From: an uncultured virus (IMG/VR IMGVR_UViG_3300030503_000396)
Lineage: Duplodnaviria > Heunggongvirae > Uroviricota > Caudoviricetes
Direction: 5' to 3' (one strand)
Length of the DNA: 64,000 bases
Virus record (IMG/VR): IMGVR_UViG_3300030503_000396
The notes under the pieces were generated by a model. It made no database searches. It was given only the letters and a program-made list of their open reading frames with translations, and had not been told where the DNA came from. Positions 19,918 through 30,371 of this stretch are shown in pieces. The position numbers were made by a program, and so were the translations under genes. Position 1 is the first letter of the stretch. Each line of letters begins with the position of its first letter.

Positions 19918-20991
19918 ATGCCAAGAGGATTTCCAAAGGCGGCTGCACGACCTGCGCTGCCTGTCATTCCGACGAACTCGAATGACAATGACACACTCGA
20001 CTTTCTGCCGCCAGCGCAGGAGATTTATGCACCGGGCAACATAGCCGCTACCAAAGCGGTAGCAAGCACATTCAGGCGCAGAACTACCACACCACGAATT
20101 TTAGAGGAAGACAAGGTGTATGAGTTTGAACTTATACAGTCTTACACCGCAGGTAAGCCAGTTGATAAAAAGACAGGCAAAGCACTCGGACACCCCTATC
20201 CGCCACGTTCAGGATGGCCTAACGAAGGTATTGCCTTTGATGAGGACTACAAGGATGAGAACGGAAAGTCAAAACCACAGGCAAGGCAATGGCGGTATAT
20301 AGAAGGGCAGCCGTCTATATGGGTCGATGAACAGGATGGTTTGATGGGTATGGACAAAGACCAAATCAACGAACTTTTAGGGCAGGAAGAAAACCAAATA
20401 TGGTTTATTGACGGTAAATTGCGTGTCAGGGGTATTGAAAAGTTAAAGCTTCAAGCCCTTATGGTACAAGATTATTTCGAGGGTAAAAAAAGACAGTATA
20501 GGGTTAAGAACCGTACCTACCGATTGAATAATCCCGATGCAATCATTGCCGACCAAATGTCACATATCGAAGCTGAATACTATGCTAAGAAACAGGCAAT
20601 GGAATGTACTATTGAACAAATGGTGGAATGTGCTTATGTGATGGGGATTGATATATCAGACCAAACAGATGAAGGAATACGCAGGATCAGGTTACAGTTT
20701 TTACAAAAAGCTACTTTTGATGCTAAGAACCCTAAACAGTTGGAATGGTTTACATCAATAGTAAACAACCCCGCAACGCACGTTACTTATGTTTTCGGAC
20801 AGGGTATTGCACAGGGTATCATATCAGGAAATCAGCAATTAGGTAAGTTAACATGGGCGAAAGCAAATCAGCCGATTATGGATATTAATAGCAATACGAA
20901 TATCCCCGATCAGTTGGTAGCAATGTACCTTGACGATGATCCTAAAGTATTTAAATTACTTGACGAAGTAGAAAAACAATTGTATATTTAA
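19918..20991 (+). CDS. Capsid-adjacent conserved protein
   Basis: RYIEGQPSIWVDEQ...IWFIDGKLRV pattern recalled from post-capsid genes of crAss-like/Flavobacteria phages. Confidence 0.6.
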   Translation: MPRGFPKAAARPALPVIPTNSNDNDTLDFLPPAQEIYAPGNIAATKAVASTFRRRTTTPRILEEDKVYEFELIQSYTAGKPVDKKTGKALGHPYPPRSGWPNEGIAFDEDYKDENGKSKPQARQWRYIEGQPSIWVDEQDGLMGMDKDQINELLGQEENQIWFIDGKLRVRGIEKLKLQALMVQDYFEGKKRQYRVKNRTYRLNNPDAIIADQMSHIEAEYYAKKQAMECTIEQMVECAYVMGIDISDQTDEGIRRIRLQFLQKATFDAKNPKQLEWFTSIVNNPATHVTYVFGQGIAQGIISGNQQLGKLTWAKANQPIMDINSNTNIPDQLVAMYLDDDPKVFKLLDEVEKQLYI

Positions 20992-21006
20992 CATTGTTAG
21001 ATAGTT

Positions 21007-21369
21007 ATGGCAAATTCACAAGATACTACACCAACACAGGATAGTCCTGAAGTTGTACCTAATCCGATTGTTGATGTAAATCAAAATACGGAGATCGAAC
21101 CCACACCTGAATTGGTTGAGGTTGATCCTACTATTACAGCAGACCCAGAAGCAGGCACAACACCTGTACCGGAGATTGTACCTGTATTCAACCCTGCTAC
21201 ATCGGCACGCAATGTAAACGTTACACCGCATGCACCTGACCCAATGACGGCAGAAGATTACGCGGATAAGTACAAACGTTTACTGAATACGTTTAACTTC
21301 ATCATGGAAAGACACACGTTCGATGCGGCTTTAGTAAAGCAATATCGTAACATGGCAGGGGTAGAATAA
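21007..21369 (+). CDS. Pro/Thr-rich hypothetical protein
   Basis: ORF followed by a terminator. Confidence 0.65.
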   Translation: MANSQDTTPTQDSPEVVPNPIVDVNQNTEIEPTPELVEVDPTITADPEAGTTPVPEIVPVFNPATSARNVNVTPHAPDPMTAEDYADKYKRLLNTFNFIMERHTFDAALVKQYRNMAGVE

Positions 21370-21394
21370 GGTTAGTTTAGGTTTCATAAAGGCG

Positions 21395-21428
21395 AAAGCG
21401 GGGATAGTAAAATATTCTCGCTTTTTTT
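21395..21428 (+). terminator. Intrinsic terminator
   Basis: AAAGCGGGGATA-N-TATTCTCGC-TTTTTTT. Confidence 0.75.
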
Positions 21429-21469
21429 ATTGGAAAAAAGTTATATTTGGTAAGTAAAAAGCACCCGAA

Positions 21470-22627
21470 ATGTCCTATAATATCAATGATGTGTATGCCC
21501 TTGTTAAAAAGCAAGCCAATCAATCGGGTGCATCATCTAATATTACACCCAATCAGTTCAATGAATTTTGGAAACGGGCGGAATTAAAGTTTTTCAATAA
21601 CGAATACGAACGGTACGCCGCAAGTGAGGTTATATCCGACAGTATATCAAAATGGATGTCGCCGCCCTTGCTGATACCCATTGATGCAACTGGAAACTAC
21701 ACATTTTTTAACGGTATGAATTTGCTGCACGTTGATAGCGTTTCAGCGTTCTTAACCTCAACTGGTACATCAATAGCAACATTGGGTAGTAATTCAGGCG
21801 GTGCAGGATATACAGACGGAACATATACAATTCCATTAACAGGCGGTACAGGTACGGGCGCAACGGGTAGCGTAACCGTGCTTAACGGTAATATACAATC
21901 TGTATTGCTAATCAAACAAGGTAGTGGGTATGTTGTTGGCGACACGCTCAATGGCACTATTACAGGCGGAACATTTACCGTTCAGGTAGCAACCCTAACA
22001 GGTAGCACTATACCACAGGATATTAAACGTGTCGAAAAAGATAGGTGGGCAGCAAATATATCATCGTCTTACGATGCGCCAACACAGGAATTCGGCATAT
22101 ACACACAATTTTCAAACTCACTCTTATTTGCTCCCGCTAACATGGGCTTTGCCTCGTTAATATACCTGCAGCAGCCAGTAGCCTCTTATTGGGGTTATAA
22201 CATGCAGGGGTGGATTTCTACTTTGACGGGTTTGGTTGGTGGTAGTGCGTATACCAATGGAACTTATACTAATGTGCCGTTAACAGGTGGATTAGGTAAT
22301 GGGGTTTTAGCAACAATAGTTGTGGCGGGGAACGTAGTTACTTCTGTTACGGTTACAGCACAGGGTAAGTTATATGCTATTGGCGATGTATTGTCAGCTT
22401 CGGCGGCTAATATTGGTGGTACGGGGACAGGGTTTACTATATCTGTTTCGAGTTTGGTTGCGGGTACGATAAGGGCGGTTTATAATCCTGAAACGTCTGT
22501 ACAGCCTTTGTGGAATGACTATGATATAGCTACGATAGTCGTATATGCCTTAGAAATGGTTGCCATTAAAGCCAGAGACAGCGAATTACAACAGTATGCA
22601 CAAATGCAGAATAAAGAGCAACAATAA
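21470..22627 (+). CDS. Tail ring/adaptor protein with two Gly-rich inserted domains
   Basis: NITPNQFN N-terminal motif; two GGxxYTxGTY...PLTGGxG...GD repeats. Confidence 0.7.
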   Translation: MSYNINDVYALVKKQANQSGASSNITPNQFNEFWKRAELKFFNNEYERYAASEVISDSISKWMSPPLLIPIDATGNYTFFNGMNLLHVDSVSAFLTSTGTSIATLGSNSGGAGYTDGTYTIPLTGGTGTGATGSVTVLNGNIQSVLLIKQGSGYVVGDTLNGTITGGTFTVQVATLTGSTIPQDIKRVEKDRWAANISSSYDAPTQEFGIYTQFSNSLLFAPANMGFASLIYLQQPVASYWGYNMQGWISTLTGLVGGSAYTNGTYTNVPLTGGLGNGVLATIVVAGNVVTSVTVTAQGKLYAIGDVLSASAANIGGTGTGFTISVSSLVAGTIRAVYNPETSVQPLWNDYDIATIVVYALEMVAIKARDSELQQYAQMQNKEQQ

Positions 22628-22800
22628 TGGGGAATATTAATTGGGTAGAAGATGATGGGGTAAAAGCACCAGACGGGGCTAAATACTACCATTTGATAAT
22701 AACTCCATCAAAAAATAGAACATTTATTGACTTTATAGCATTTGGTTATATTTGGAGATATACATATCATTTTAGGTTACAAAGATTAATTAAAGTATAA
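22627..22800 (+). CDS. 57-aa hypothetical protein (not in track)
   Basis: MGNINWVEDDG...QRLIKV; TAATG overlaps at both ends. Confidence 0.6.
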   Translation: MGNINWVEDDGVKAPDGAKYYHLIITPSKNRTFIDFIAFGYIWRYTYHFRLQRLIKV

Positions 22801-23441
22801 TGGCAGGAGTAGGGTTAGACACGTATCGCAAACTTAGTGAGTTTATCCTCAATCAACATTATGATGGATTTCCTCAGCCTGAACATGCCATAACCCAAAG
22901 GCATATCGCAGAACGTATAGCTATGAAGATAGCTAAATACGCAAAGATTAATGCATTTGAAAGCGGACAGAGCGGGGACACCGCATACGCAAATGACCAA
23001 TTCGTTAGCGTATTTTATTCCCTTCCATTACTTACCGATAGTGTAACCAGCGAAAAATACATCGATTTACCTGCTATGCCTGCGGGATTGCCTAAAAATA
23101 CAGAAATTGTACAGGTATCATTTACAGGCAGTCCAAATGCGCAAGTCATACCTATGCAACAAAAGGATGCGTTTATGGAAAGTTTATTACCGCCGTTACC
23201 GCCGTCATTGGTACTTTATAAAATAGAGAACGGAAATATCGTATTCCCTAACCTACCTAAAATAATTAACTCACCTGTTAACCTTAAAATGATAGGAACA
23301 GTACCGGGAGATATGTTGTTAGATAGCATACTGAATATTCCAAAAGATTACGAGGATGATATAGTGTTAACTATCTTACAAGAATTGGCTCAGGAATACG
23401 GGAATCCACCTAAAATTATTGAGAAAGGAGAACCTAATTAA
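22800..23441 (+). CDS. Tail ring/structural protein
   Basis: Position; LNIPKDYEDDIV C-terminal motif. Confidence 0.65.
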   Translation: MAGVGLDTYRKLSEFILNQHYDGFPQPEHAITQRHIAERIAMKIAKYAKINAFESGQSGDTAYANDQFVSVFYSLPLLTDSVTSEKYIDLPAMPAGLPKNTEIVQVSFTGSPNAQVIPMQQKDAFMESLLPPLPPSLVLYKIENGNIVFPNLPKIINSPVNLKMIGTVPGDMLLDSILNIPKDYEDDIVLTILQELAQEYGNPPKIIEKGEPN

Positions 23442-24226
23442 TGGCAACGCAACAACCACTTATAGAAATTGTAGCTGAGTTATTAGATTCCGCCGACCGT
23501 TCAAGCCATCATTTTCGTAGGCTTTACCGAATTGCAGTTTCGGCAGCACGTAAGTTCAACATGGACATTTACGGACAATTCCGTTCTGTCCTTATCGATG
23601 TTCAACCAAACGGAACAGTAGCATGGCCTTGTGATTACTTAGACTATTCTACATTGGGTATTATTAACCATGAAGGCGAAGTTGTTCCATTAAAACATAA
23701 CGAGGGGTTGAGCACACTACGCCAATCATACCTTGCTTCTCAAAACGCTTTGGTGCAAGTTCCGAAAATACCCAACATGCTTGGCTTTGGTCCAGTAGAT
23801 GTTACGGGTGTACCTTTCTATTGGCTAAACTATAATTCAGGTGCTTATGGATTTATGCATCTATATGGATTTGGCGGAGGTTCGCCTCGCATTGGTGAAT
23901 TCACCGTAGATGCGGCTAACAAATGCTTTTACGTTCCAAATGGCTATCCATATACGTCACTTATGCTTGAATATCTATCCGATGGGTACGATATGGGATG
24001 CAATGATTATATGGTGGACATTTTTGCGGTAGAGGCAATTAAGAGGTATATTATGTGGCAAAGTATGTTGGACTTACCAAAGAAATACAGCATTAGTGAA
24101 AGGCAATATCAGAAGCAGGAATTTTTAATTGCACGCCGTGATGCGAAGGTGCGTATCAATAAGGCTCGTATCAATGAAATGCAGGTAATATATAGAAGCT
24201 CAGTTAAACTAACCGCAAAAGCATAA
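23441..24226 (+). CDS. Tail ring/structural protein
   Basis: PCDYLDY, LEYLSDG and EAIKRYI motifs of crAss-like ring proteins. Confidence 0.7.
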   Translation: MATQQPLIEIVAELLDSADRSSHHFRRLYRIAVSAARKFNMDIYGQFRSVLIDVQPNGTVAWPCDYLDYSTLGIINHEGEVVPLKHNEGLSTLRQSYLASQNALVQVPKIPNMLGFGPVDVTGVPFYWLNYNSGAYGFMHLYGFGGGSPRIGEFTVDAANKCFYVPNGYPYTSLMLEYLSDGYDMGCNDYMVDIFAVEAIKRYIMWQSMLDLPKKYSISERQYQKQEFLIARRDAKVRINKARINEMQVIYRSSVKLTAKA

Positions 24227-27200
24227 TGGCATTAGGCGACGAAAATAAGTTACTCGCTGGTTCTACCATGAACCAAGATGACGCTCCCGAATTTGTCGCC
24301 AAGACAGGGGGTATTGTTTCACGTACAAACATGCGTGTCACAGGTACTTCAGCCCAACAATCAGGTTACGGAACAAATATAGAAAGCACATTAGCTTTGT
24401 CAGGCTCACTTATTCCCGGCATTAACGATATTATTGGTGGGGAGAAATTCGAGGACATAGGCGCAATAATAGGGTTCAGATACAATTCAGCAGGGAATAA
24501 TCAAATTGTACGTTATGACTACTTATCGGGCGCATATACTGTCATTTACACCGACCTTACCGATAGTGCAGGAATTGCATTACTCCCTCTTAATCCACAG
24601 AATATAGTCAAATGTATTTTAGTAAACAAACTATACCTGATAGCGTGGGCAAAAGACCTGAACCCCATATACACCAACCTAACAACCCTTACAGCAGGTG
24701 GGTACGGAACGGTAACGGCGGAAGACCTATCCCTACTTAAACCACAATGCCTTATTCCGCCAACAGGAACGTATGGTAGTTTCGCAGGGCAACCCGCCAA
24801 TTATTGGTATTCCAACCTACCTGTATTCAATGTGCAATACGTAAACGCAGAGTACAATTATTCAGCATGGAGCACACGTAGTAAACGCATAGTCCCATAT
24901 CAGGAAAACACGCCCATACTTGGCGCAGATGTTGGACAAAATAACTATATTATCATTGGCGTAAACATCGGGTCTGAACGGGCAAGTACAATTAATATTG
25001 GCAGACAAATTGGGGATGAAACGGTATTTTCGATCATCAAAAGCGTGGATAGGACATACGTGCTTGCACTACCTAACACCGCCGTATCGGTCGAAACAGA
25101 AATTTATGAAGCTTATGACCCTGCAACCAATACCTACTACTACGCTTCGTTAGGCAATGAAATACCTATTCCCGTTGCACCTAACGAAACTGCATTAGAC
25201 TACGATTATATATGGCCGTCAAATGCAGGTGGTTTACTTAATGGCAATATAGCTGCTTTAGGCGACTTTAGTACGCTATACGCCCGTCCTGCTATCTCTG
25301 TGACAGTTGGCGCAGCGGGGTATAATCCAAATATATCTATACCAGCGGGTACGTACCCTAATCAGCTAACCATGACAAACCGAAATACCGGTTCATCAGG
25401 TAGCGGAGCAGGAAACCATAAGCGGGTAATGTCATTTACATTATCAGGTACGCCAAGTACGGGGGATACGATCGTTATTATAGATGTTGATATTAGGAGC
25501 GCCGTATCTACACATAACTATTCGTATACCGTACCGTCTGCTCAAAATGGGAACCTATCGGCAGTTGTTGCATCTATTTCTGAAAACTTGCCAAACGGAT
25601 CATACATAAATAATGGAGGCGGATTTTACACGATTACATGGATTGATGCATCTTATTATGGCGGACAAACATTTGCTATAGAGCTATTTTACGAAGGAGC
25701 AACGGTTAGCAATTCTATACCGTCGTGCCTTGACAACACTTCATATCAACTCGCCCTGTCCATCAGGGATGGCGGCGAAAACTTTGTAGGGGGGCGTTTC
25801 TTTCCGCTTGATACCGATAATACCTTTGTTGTTAATACCCCATCTTATGCGCAGGTCTTGGGTAACGCCATTGAAATACAATGGCAGATAACCAACCCCG
25901 TAGCACCTGTTGGAGCTATTGATTACCAATGGTTAATTACAGCCCCACAGGTCATAAAAGTGCTTGATACGATTGCTACACCATTGCAGTATTTAGGTGG
26001 TTGGGACGCCGCAACTAATACGCCTACACTAGCCGTTAACATGATTGGGAAAAATGTTGGCGCAACATATCAAATAACGACCCCCGACGCACCCGCAGAC
26101 ACGGCAAGGTATACTAACCTAGGGAATGAAGATACGTACAATACAGGTGATTATATCACATATAACGGGCAATCATGGAGCGTATTGCCAAAAGCATTTG
26201 GCGACCTGACTAGTACGGGTAATATATTAGCTTTTTCGCTAAATCCGTTGAAGCTATTTAACGATAGCTATTCTCAGGTTGGCGTATCAACTAATCTAGT
26301 TTATGATTTTGCTGTAGGGGATAGGTGTACGTTGCATTACTACCTTACAGGAACGACCCCTACCTATATCAATGATCCCTGCGTAAATCTATCGGTTATC
26401 GGGTATGATGCGGGAAACTATATAGTTAAGGTGGAGAAACCTAATCCCGCTGACTTTGATGATAGCGTGCTTAACGGTAAAAACGTTTTCTTACGCCTAT
26501 ACTCACCACAACTCATTACTCAGGCTAATTCAACCACTCAACAGGATTTAGAATGGTTTGAGATCGGCGAGCGTTTCCCTATAGTTGATGGACAGTTTAG
26601 CGTATTACAGGGTAACATAGTAGACGGCGGTGTGTATTATAAGACAAGGCAGTTTGATGATGCTTTAAAGCCATATACAAACACCCCTATTCAAACCTTA
26701 GCTACCGATTTTAACTATTCAGATTTTTACCCGTCTGCTTATAATAGTTTTGGCAGGGCAAGGACTTACGATGATGAGTTGGTGCAAACCGAAAGAATGG
26801 CGGATATTATACCGTCACAGACGTACATACTCGGTAGTAAAAACAATGGTCTAACCAGATTCTACCCAGATGATATATATGGTGACGGTAATGGTCAGAC
26901 ATCATCAAGCAAGGGGGCTATACAAATATTAGAGCAGCGGGGAGATGTGTTATGCGTTGGACAGGAATTGGATTGGTTTTATATTCCCGTTAACTATGCA
27001 TGGACAATATTGAATGACCAGCAAACGGGGCTATCCATTTCTGATAAATTACTCAACAATGGGCGTTATTCGGCAGAAGGAGTTGGTATTGGGCTGGCTA
27101 AAGAAAGTTTTTGGCGTAGGTTAGATAGGATGGGTTTTATATCCCCTCAAAAATCAGAACCATTTGAGATAACGCTATCTGGAATTGATAGCATGTCTGC

Positions 27201-28950
27201 CAAGATGAGTAAGTTTTTTAAGTCTACTTTACAGGTCGCTTATTCAGCAGGTAAGAAGTTATTCATGTTTTATAATGACTATTACGAAGAACCAATATTA
27301 TGCATACAGTCTGTTGCGGGGATACTCGTACAAATACCTTTCGGTGCAGATTGGCAGGTAAATAATAACTATATCATAACACCTTCGGATGTATCAGCCA
27401 CCCCAAACGGGGCGCATTGTACCGCTTCGTATGATGACACAACGGGATTGGTTACTTATACGCCTACAGCAAACTATGTCGGGTCAGATACGACTACATT
27501 TACCGCCAATAACGGGTCTGGTGCCATAACGCCGAATATATGCCTGCAATGGGTGGGTGGCGATACGACAGTTAATCCATTCTCATTTGCGCCTTTGGTA
27601 GGGCAACCATTAAGCACTGAATTGCAATCTAATACGATTGGGGTTACCGGCATAAATATTGCTGTACCAATATCGATTACGGATGGTATGTATAGCATAA
27701 ACGGTGGTGCATTTACAAGCGCAGCGGGGATGGTTAATCTATACGATAACGTACAGGTTGAAGTAGAAAGTTCGGGGAGTGAAAACACATCAACATCGTG
27801 TACGTTAACCATATCGGGTACAACAGGAACATTTACTGTTACGACAGGTACGACAGCGGTTAGCCCATTTGCCTTTACAGCGCAGACAGGACAACCGTTA
27901 AGCACGGAAATAATCAGTAACTCCATAACAGTTACAGGTAATACTATTCCTGCACCAATTTCTATTACAGGCGGTTCGTATTCAATAAATGGAGGTGCAT
28001 TTGTAAATACATCGGGTACAGTTCCCTCAGGCGCAACGGTACGTGTCGAAGTGCTAAGTTCTGCCTCGTACAATTCCATAACCGATTGCGTACTATCTGT
28101 TGATGGGCAAAGCGGGACGTTTACGGTAACAACAGCATTTGTAGATGCATTTAGTTTTGCACCGGTAAACAACGCTCCGTTAAGCACATTAGAAACTTCC
28201 AATAGTATAACCGTGGCAGGGTCAGACGTTGCGCCATACCCAATAAGTATTACAGGGGGACAATATAGCATTAATGGCGGTGCATATACATCTTCGCCGG
28301 GTACAACTAATATTGGTGATGTTATTACCGTTCAGGTAACGTCAAGCGCATCGAACAGCACAATCACCTCGTGTATACTTACCATACTTGGCGTTTCGGC
28401 AACATTCACCGTAACAACACTTGGAGTTGAGGCGGCAACAGGTATATTGGTAATTGACATATTCGATACTACTACCATAAACGTTTATGCCTACGTGAAT
28501 ACACCGGGGGCAATTATTCCATACCAACAACCTGTTTATACTGGGCATAACTTTTACCCAACAGGCAGCACCGATGCAGCAAACGCATGGGCGCTGTCAA
28601 GCGACCTTAACCCTCCGCAACCTACAAGAAGGTTTGAATTTAATTTACAAAAACTAGCCGCAACATACCCCTCTCAACCTACATTTACAATTGTAGTAGC
28701 AGGCAGGGATGTCACTTCGGGCACGATGCGGGGTTCTTATGTAAATCAATCTGCTTCGGATAGTAATATGATAATGACAGGCTCGCCGGGTACTTATTTA
28801 CCGTCAGTTAGTGGAACGGAGTTAAGTTCTACGCCTTATAGCGGTTACGCCGTTGTAGGTGGTGCAGATGGAACTTATGGTATTGGAGTAGGGGCAGTAA
28901 TTACTACATTTGTTTATAATGTTAGTGCGATGACTATAACACAAAGTTAA
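24226..28950 (+). CDS. Tail stabilisation (muzzle) protein, N-terminal part, with C-terminal Ig-like repeats
   Basis: MNQDDAP N-terminus, SKNNGLTRF, GVGIGLAKESF; three repeats of about 94 aa (PLST...SINGGA...FTVTT). Confidence 0.75.
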   Translation: MALGDENKLLAGSTMNQDDAPEFVAKTGGIVSRTNMRVTGTSAQQSGYGTNIESTLALSGSLIPGINDIIGGEKFEDIGAIIGFRYNSAGNNQIVRYDYLSGAYTVIYTDLTDSAGIALLPLNPQNIVKCILVNKLYLIAWAKDLNPIYTNLTTLTAGGYGTVTAEDLSLLKPQCLIPPTGTYGSFAGQPANYWYSNLPVFNVQYVNAEYNYSAWSTRSKRIVPYQENTPILGADVGQNNYIIIGVNIGSERASTINIGRQIGDETVFSIIKSVDRTYVLALPNTAVSVETEIYEAYDPATNTYYYASLGNEIPIPVAPNETALDYDYIWPSNAGGLLNGNIAALGDFSTLYARPAISVTVGAAGYNPNISIPAGTYPNQLTMTNRNTGSSGSGAGNHKRVMSFTLSGTPSTGDTIVIIDVDIRSAVSTHNYSYTVPSAQNGNLSAVVASISENLPNGSYINNGGGFYTITWIDASYYGGQTFAIELFYEGATVSNSIPSCLDNTSYQLALSIRDGGENFVGGRFFPLDTDNTFVVNTPSYAQVLGNAIEIQWQITNPVAPVGAIDYQWLITAPQVIKVLDTIATPLQYLGGWDAATNTPTLAVNMIGKNVGATYQITTPDAPADTARYTNLGNEDTYNTGDYITYNGQSWSVLPKAFGDLTSTGNILAFSLNPLKLFNDSYSQVGVSTNLVYDFAVGDRCTLHYYLTGTTPTYINDPCVNLSVIGYDAGNYIVKVEKPNPADFDDSVLNGKNVFLRLYSPQLITQANSTTQQDLEWFEIGERFPIVDGQFSVLQGNIVDGGVYYKTRQFDDALKPYTNTPIQTLATDFNYSDFYPSAYNSFGRARTYDDELVQTERMADIIPSQTYILGSKNNGLTRFYPDDIYGDGNGQTSSSKGAIQILEQRGDVLCVGQELDWFYIPVNYAWTILNDQQTGLSISDKLLNNGRYSAEGVGIGLAKESFWRRLDRMGFISPQKSEPFEITLSGIDSMSAKMSKFFKSTLQVAYSAGKKLFMFYNDYYEEPILCIQSVAGILVQIPFGADWQVNNNYIITPSDVSATPNGAHCTASYDDTTGLVTYTPTANYVGSDTTTFTANNGSGAITPNICLQWVGGDTTVNPFSFAPLVGQPLSTELQSNTIGVTGINIAVPISITDGMYSINGGAFTSAAGMVNLYDNVQVEVESSGSENTSTSCTLTISGTTGTFTVTTGTTAVSPFAFTAQTGQPLSTEIISNSITVTGNTIPAPISITGGSYSINGGAFVNTSGTVPSGATVRVEVLSSASYNSITDCVLSVDGQSGTFTVTTAFVDAFSFAPVNNAPLSTLETSNSITVAGSDVAPYPISITGGQYSINGGAYTSSPGTTNIGDVITVQVTSSASNSTITSCILTILGVSATFTVTTLGVEAATGILVIDIFDTTTINVYAYVNTPGAIIPYQQPVYTGHNFYPTGSTDAANAWALSSDLNPPQPTRRFEFNLQKLAATYPSQPTFTIVVAGRDVTSGTMRGSYVNQSASDSNMIMTGSPGTYLPSVSGTELSSTPYSGYAVVGGADGTYGIGVGAVITTFVYNVSAMTITQS

Positions 28951-28951
28951 A

Positions 28952-29857
28952 ATGTACAGTGCAGTTGAAAATACGCCAATAGTTGTAGATCTTGTTGCGG
29001 CATCCCGTGACACGGGATGGACTGTAGATGGAGTTACGGCTTATCACTCGTCTTGTAATGCAGGCAGCATTCCAAATGCTTCTTTCCCCGTAACCGCCAA
29101 CCAAACTTACGAAGTTTCATACTCTATATTATCCATATCAGCAGGGTACGTGCAAATGCAATCGCCGGGCAGTAACGGGGCGGAATACACAACATCGGGC
29201 GCAGTATTAGAAACGATTACTCCGACATCAAATGGTTACGTGTCTTTCTACTCCAATGCCATTTGCGCCATAGAATCATTCAATATTCATAATATTTCGG
29301 ACAACGTTGGCACAACCTTAGCCTATTCGATGGAAGATAAAGGATGGTCTGATTTCCGAACTTTATACCTTGATTGGGGCTGGTCAATATTTGATAGGGT
29401 AATTGTTGCCTCAAATGGCGCTTTGTACGCCTCAGAAAATGGCTCATCTAACACAAATAACTTCTTTGGCACGAAATATCAGTCCTCTATTAAGGTTGTT
29501 TTTGCTAAAAACCCTACAATTATTAATACATACGAAGTATTATCGTACCAAGCAAATATGCTGTTAGTATCTACGGTGTCGGGGATAACTACACCAACGG
29601 GACAGGTGACGACTTTGATCGAGAGCGATTTTTTAAAGGAAACGTTAACGGATGGGACGACTACTGTTATTTCGTACAACAATGATGGGGTATATAGTGC
29701 AAGTTTTAAGGGGGATGAATTGGAAAGTACAATCGAGGGTTCGCCAATGAGGGGCAACTACATTACGGTGGAATTGGTAACTGTAGACGGGAGTACCCCG
29801 CTTGAATTGTTTAGTTTGGCGGTTAAGACCGCTCGTACGTGGGTCGGAAATAGGTAA
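28952..29857 (+). CDS. Tail stabilisation protein C-terminal part with an N-terminal carbohydrate-binding-like domain
   Basis: TLAYSMEDKGWSDF...EGSPMRGNYITVEL...ELFSL matches muzzle C-termini. Confidence 0.65.
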   Translation: MYSAVENTPIVVDLVAASRDTGWTVDGVTAYHSSCNAGSIPNASFPVTANQTYEVSYSILSISAGYVQMQSPGSNGAEYTTSGAVLETITPTSNGYVSFYSNAICAIESFNIHNISDNVGTTLAYSMEDKGWSDFRTLYLDWGWSIFDRVIVASNGALYASENGSSNTNNFFGTKYQSSIKVVFAKNPTIINTYEVLSYQANMLLVSTVSGITTPTGQVTTLIESDFLKETLTDGTTTVISYNNDGVYSASFKGDELESTIEGSPMRGNYITVELVTVDGSTPLELFSLAVKTARTWVGNR

Positions 29858-29858
29858 C

Positions 29859-30371
29859 ATGGAAGAAATAGAAGCAGGCAAACTATTAGATATATTTTTC
29901 AATCCTACCAAAGCTAACCAAAAATGGGACGCTATAAATAAGGTTGAAGAACATATTTCATCGTTACCGGACAAGGTATGGGGCGATTTGGTTGAAGATG
30001 CCACTCCGGGTCTTTACATACGGCAAATTACGCTCCCTAAAGGCACTTTGCTTACCAGTCGAATACATAAGACCTGCCATCCGTTTGTTGTTACTAAAGG
30101 GGCTATTACTGTCTACAATACCATAGGCGATACACAGGAATTATACCACGCAGGGCATAAAGGTATCACATATCCCGGAACACGAAGAGTACTATATACA
30201 CACGAGGAAACTACATGGACTACATATCATCCGACCAACCGAATTACCAATGATTTTTTTAATTTGGAAAGTGAGGAAAAGCAAGTTATATTTGATAGTA
30301 TAATGTCAGATATAATTCAAGAGTATTATAATCCATTATTGATTAATTTTGACGAGGGAATATTTATATGA
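29859..30371 (+). CDS. Cupin-fold protein
   Basis: PGLYIRQITLPKGTLLTSRIHKTCH...PGTRR...HEETTWTTYH. Confidence 0.7.
   Translation: MEEIEAGKLLDIFFNPTKANQKWDAINKVEEHISSLPDKVWGDLVEDATPGLYIRQITLPKGTLLTSRIHKTCHPFVVTKGAITVYNTIGDTQELYHAGHKGITYPGTRRVLYTHEETTWTTYHPTNRITNDFFNLESEEKQVIFDSIMSDIIQEYYNPLLINFDEGIFI

Noticed and set aside
27474..28271. 265-aa antisense ORF and similar antisense ORFs (17734-18192, 48673-49053)
   Set aside because: Shadow frames of Thr/Ser/Gly- or Glu-rich genes with no independent signals
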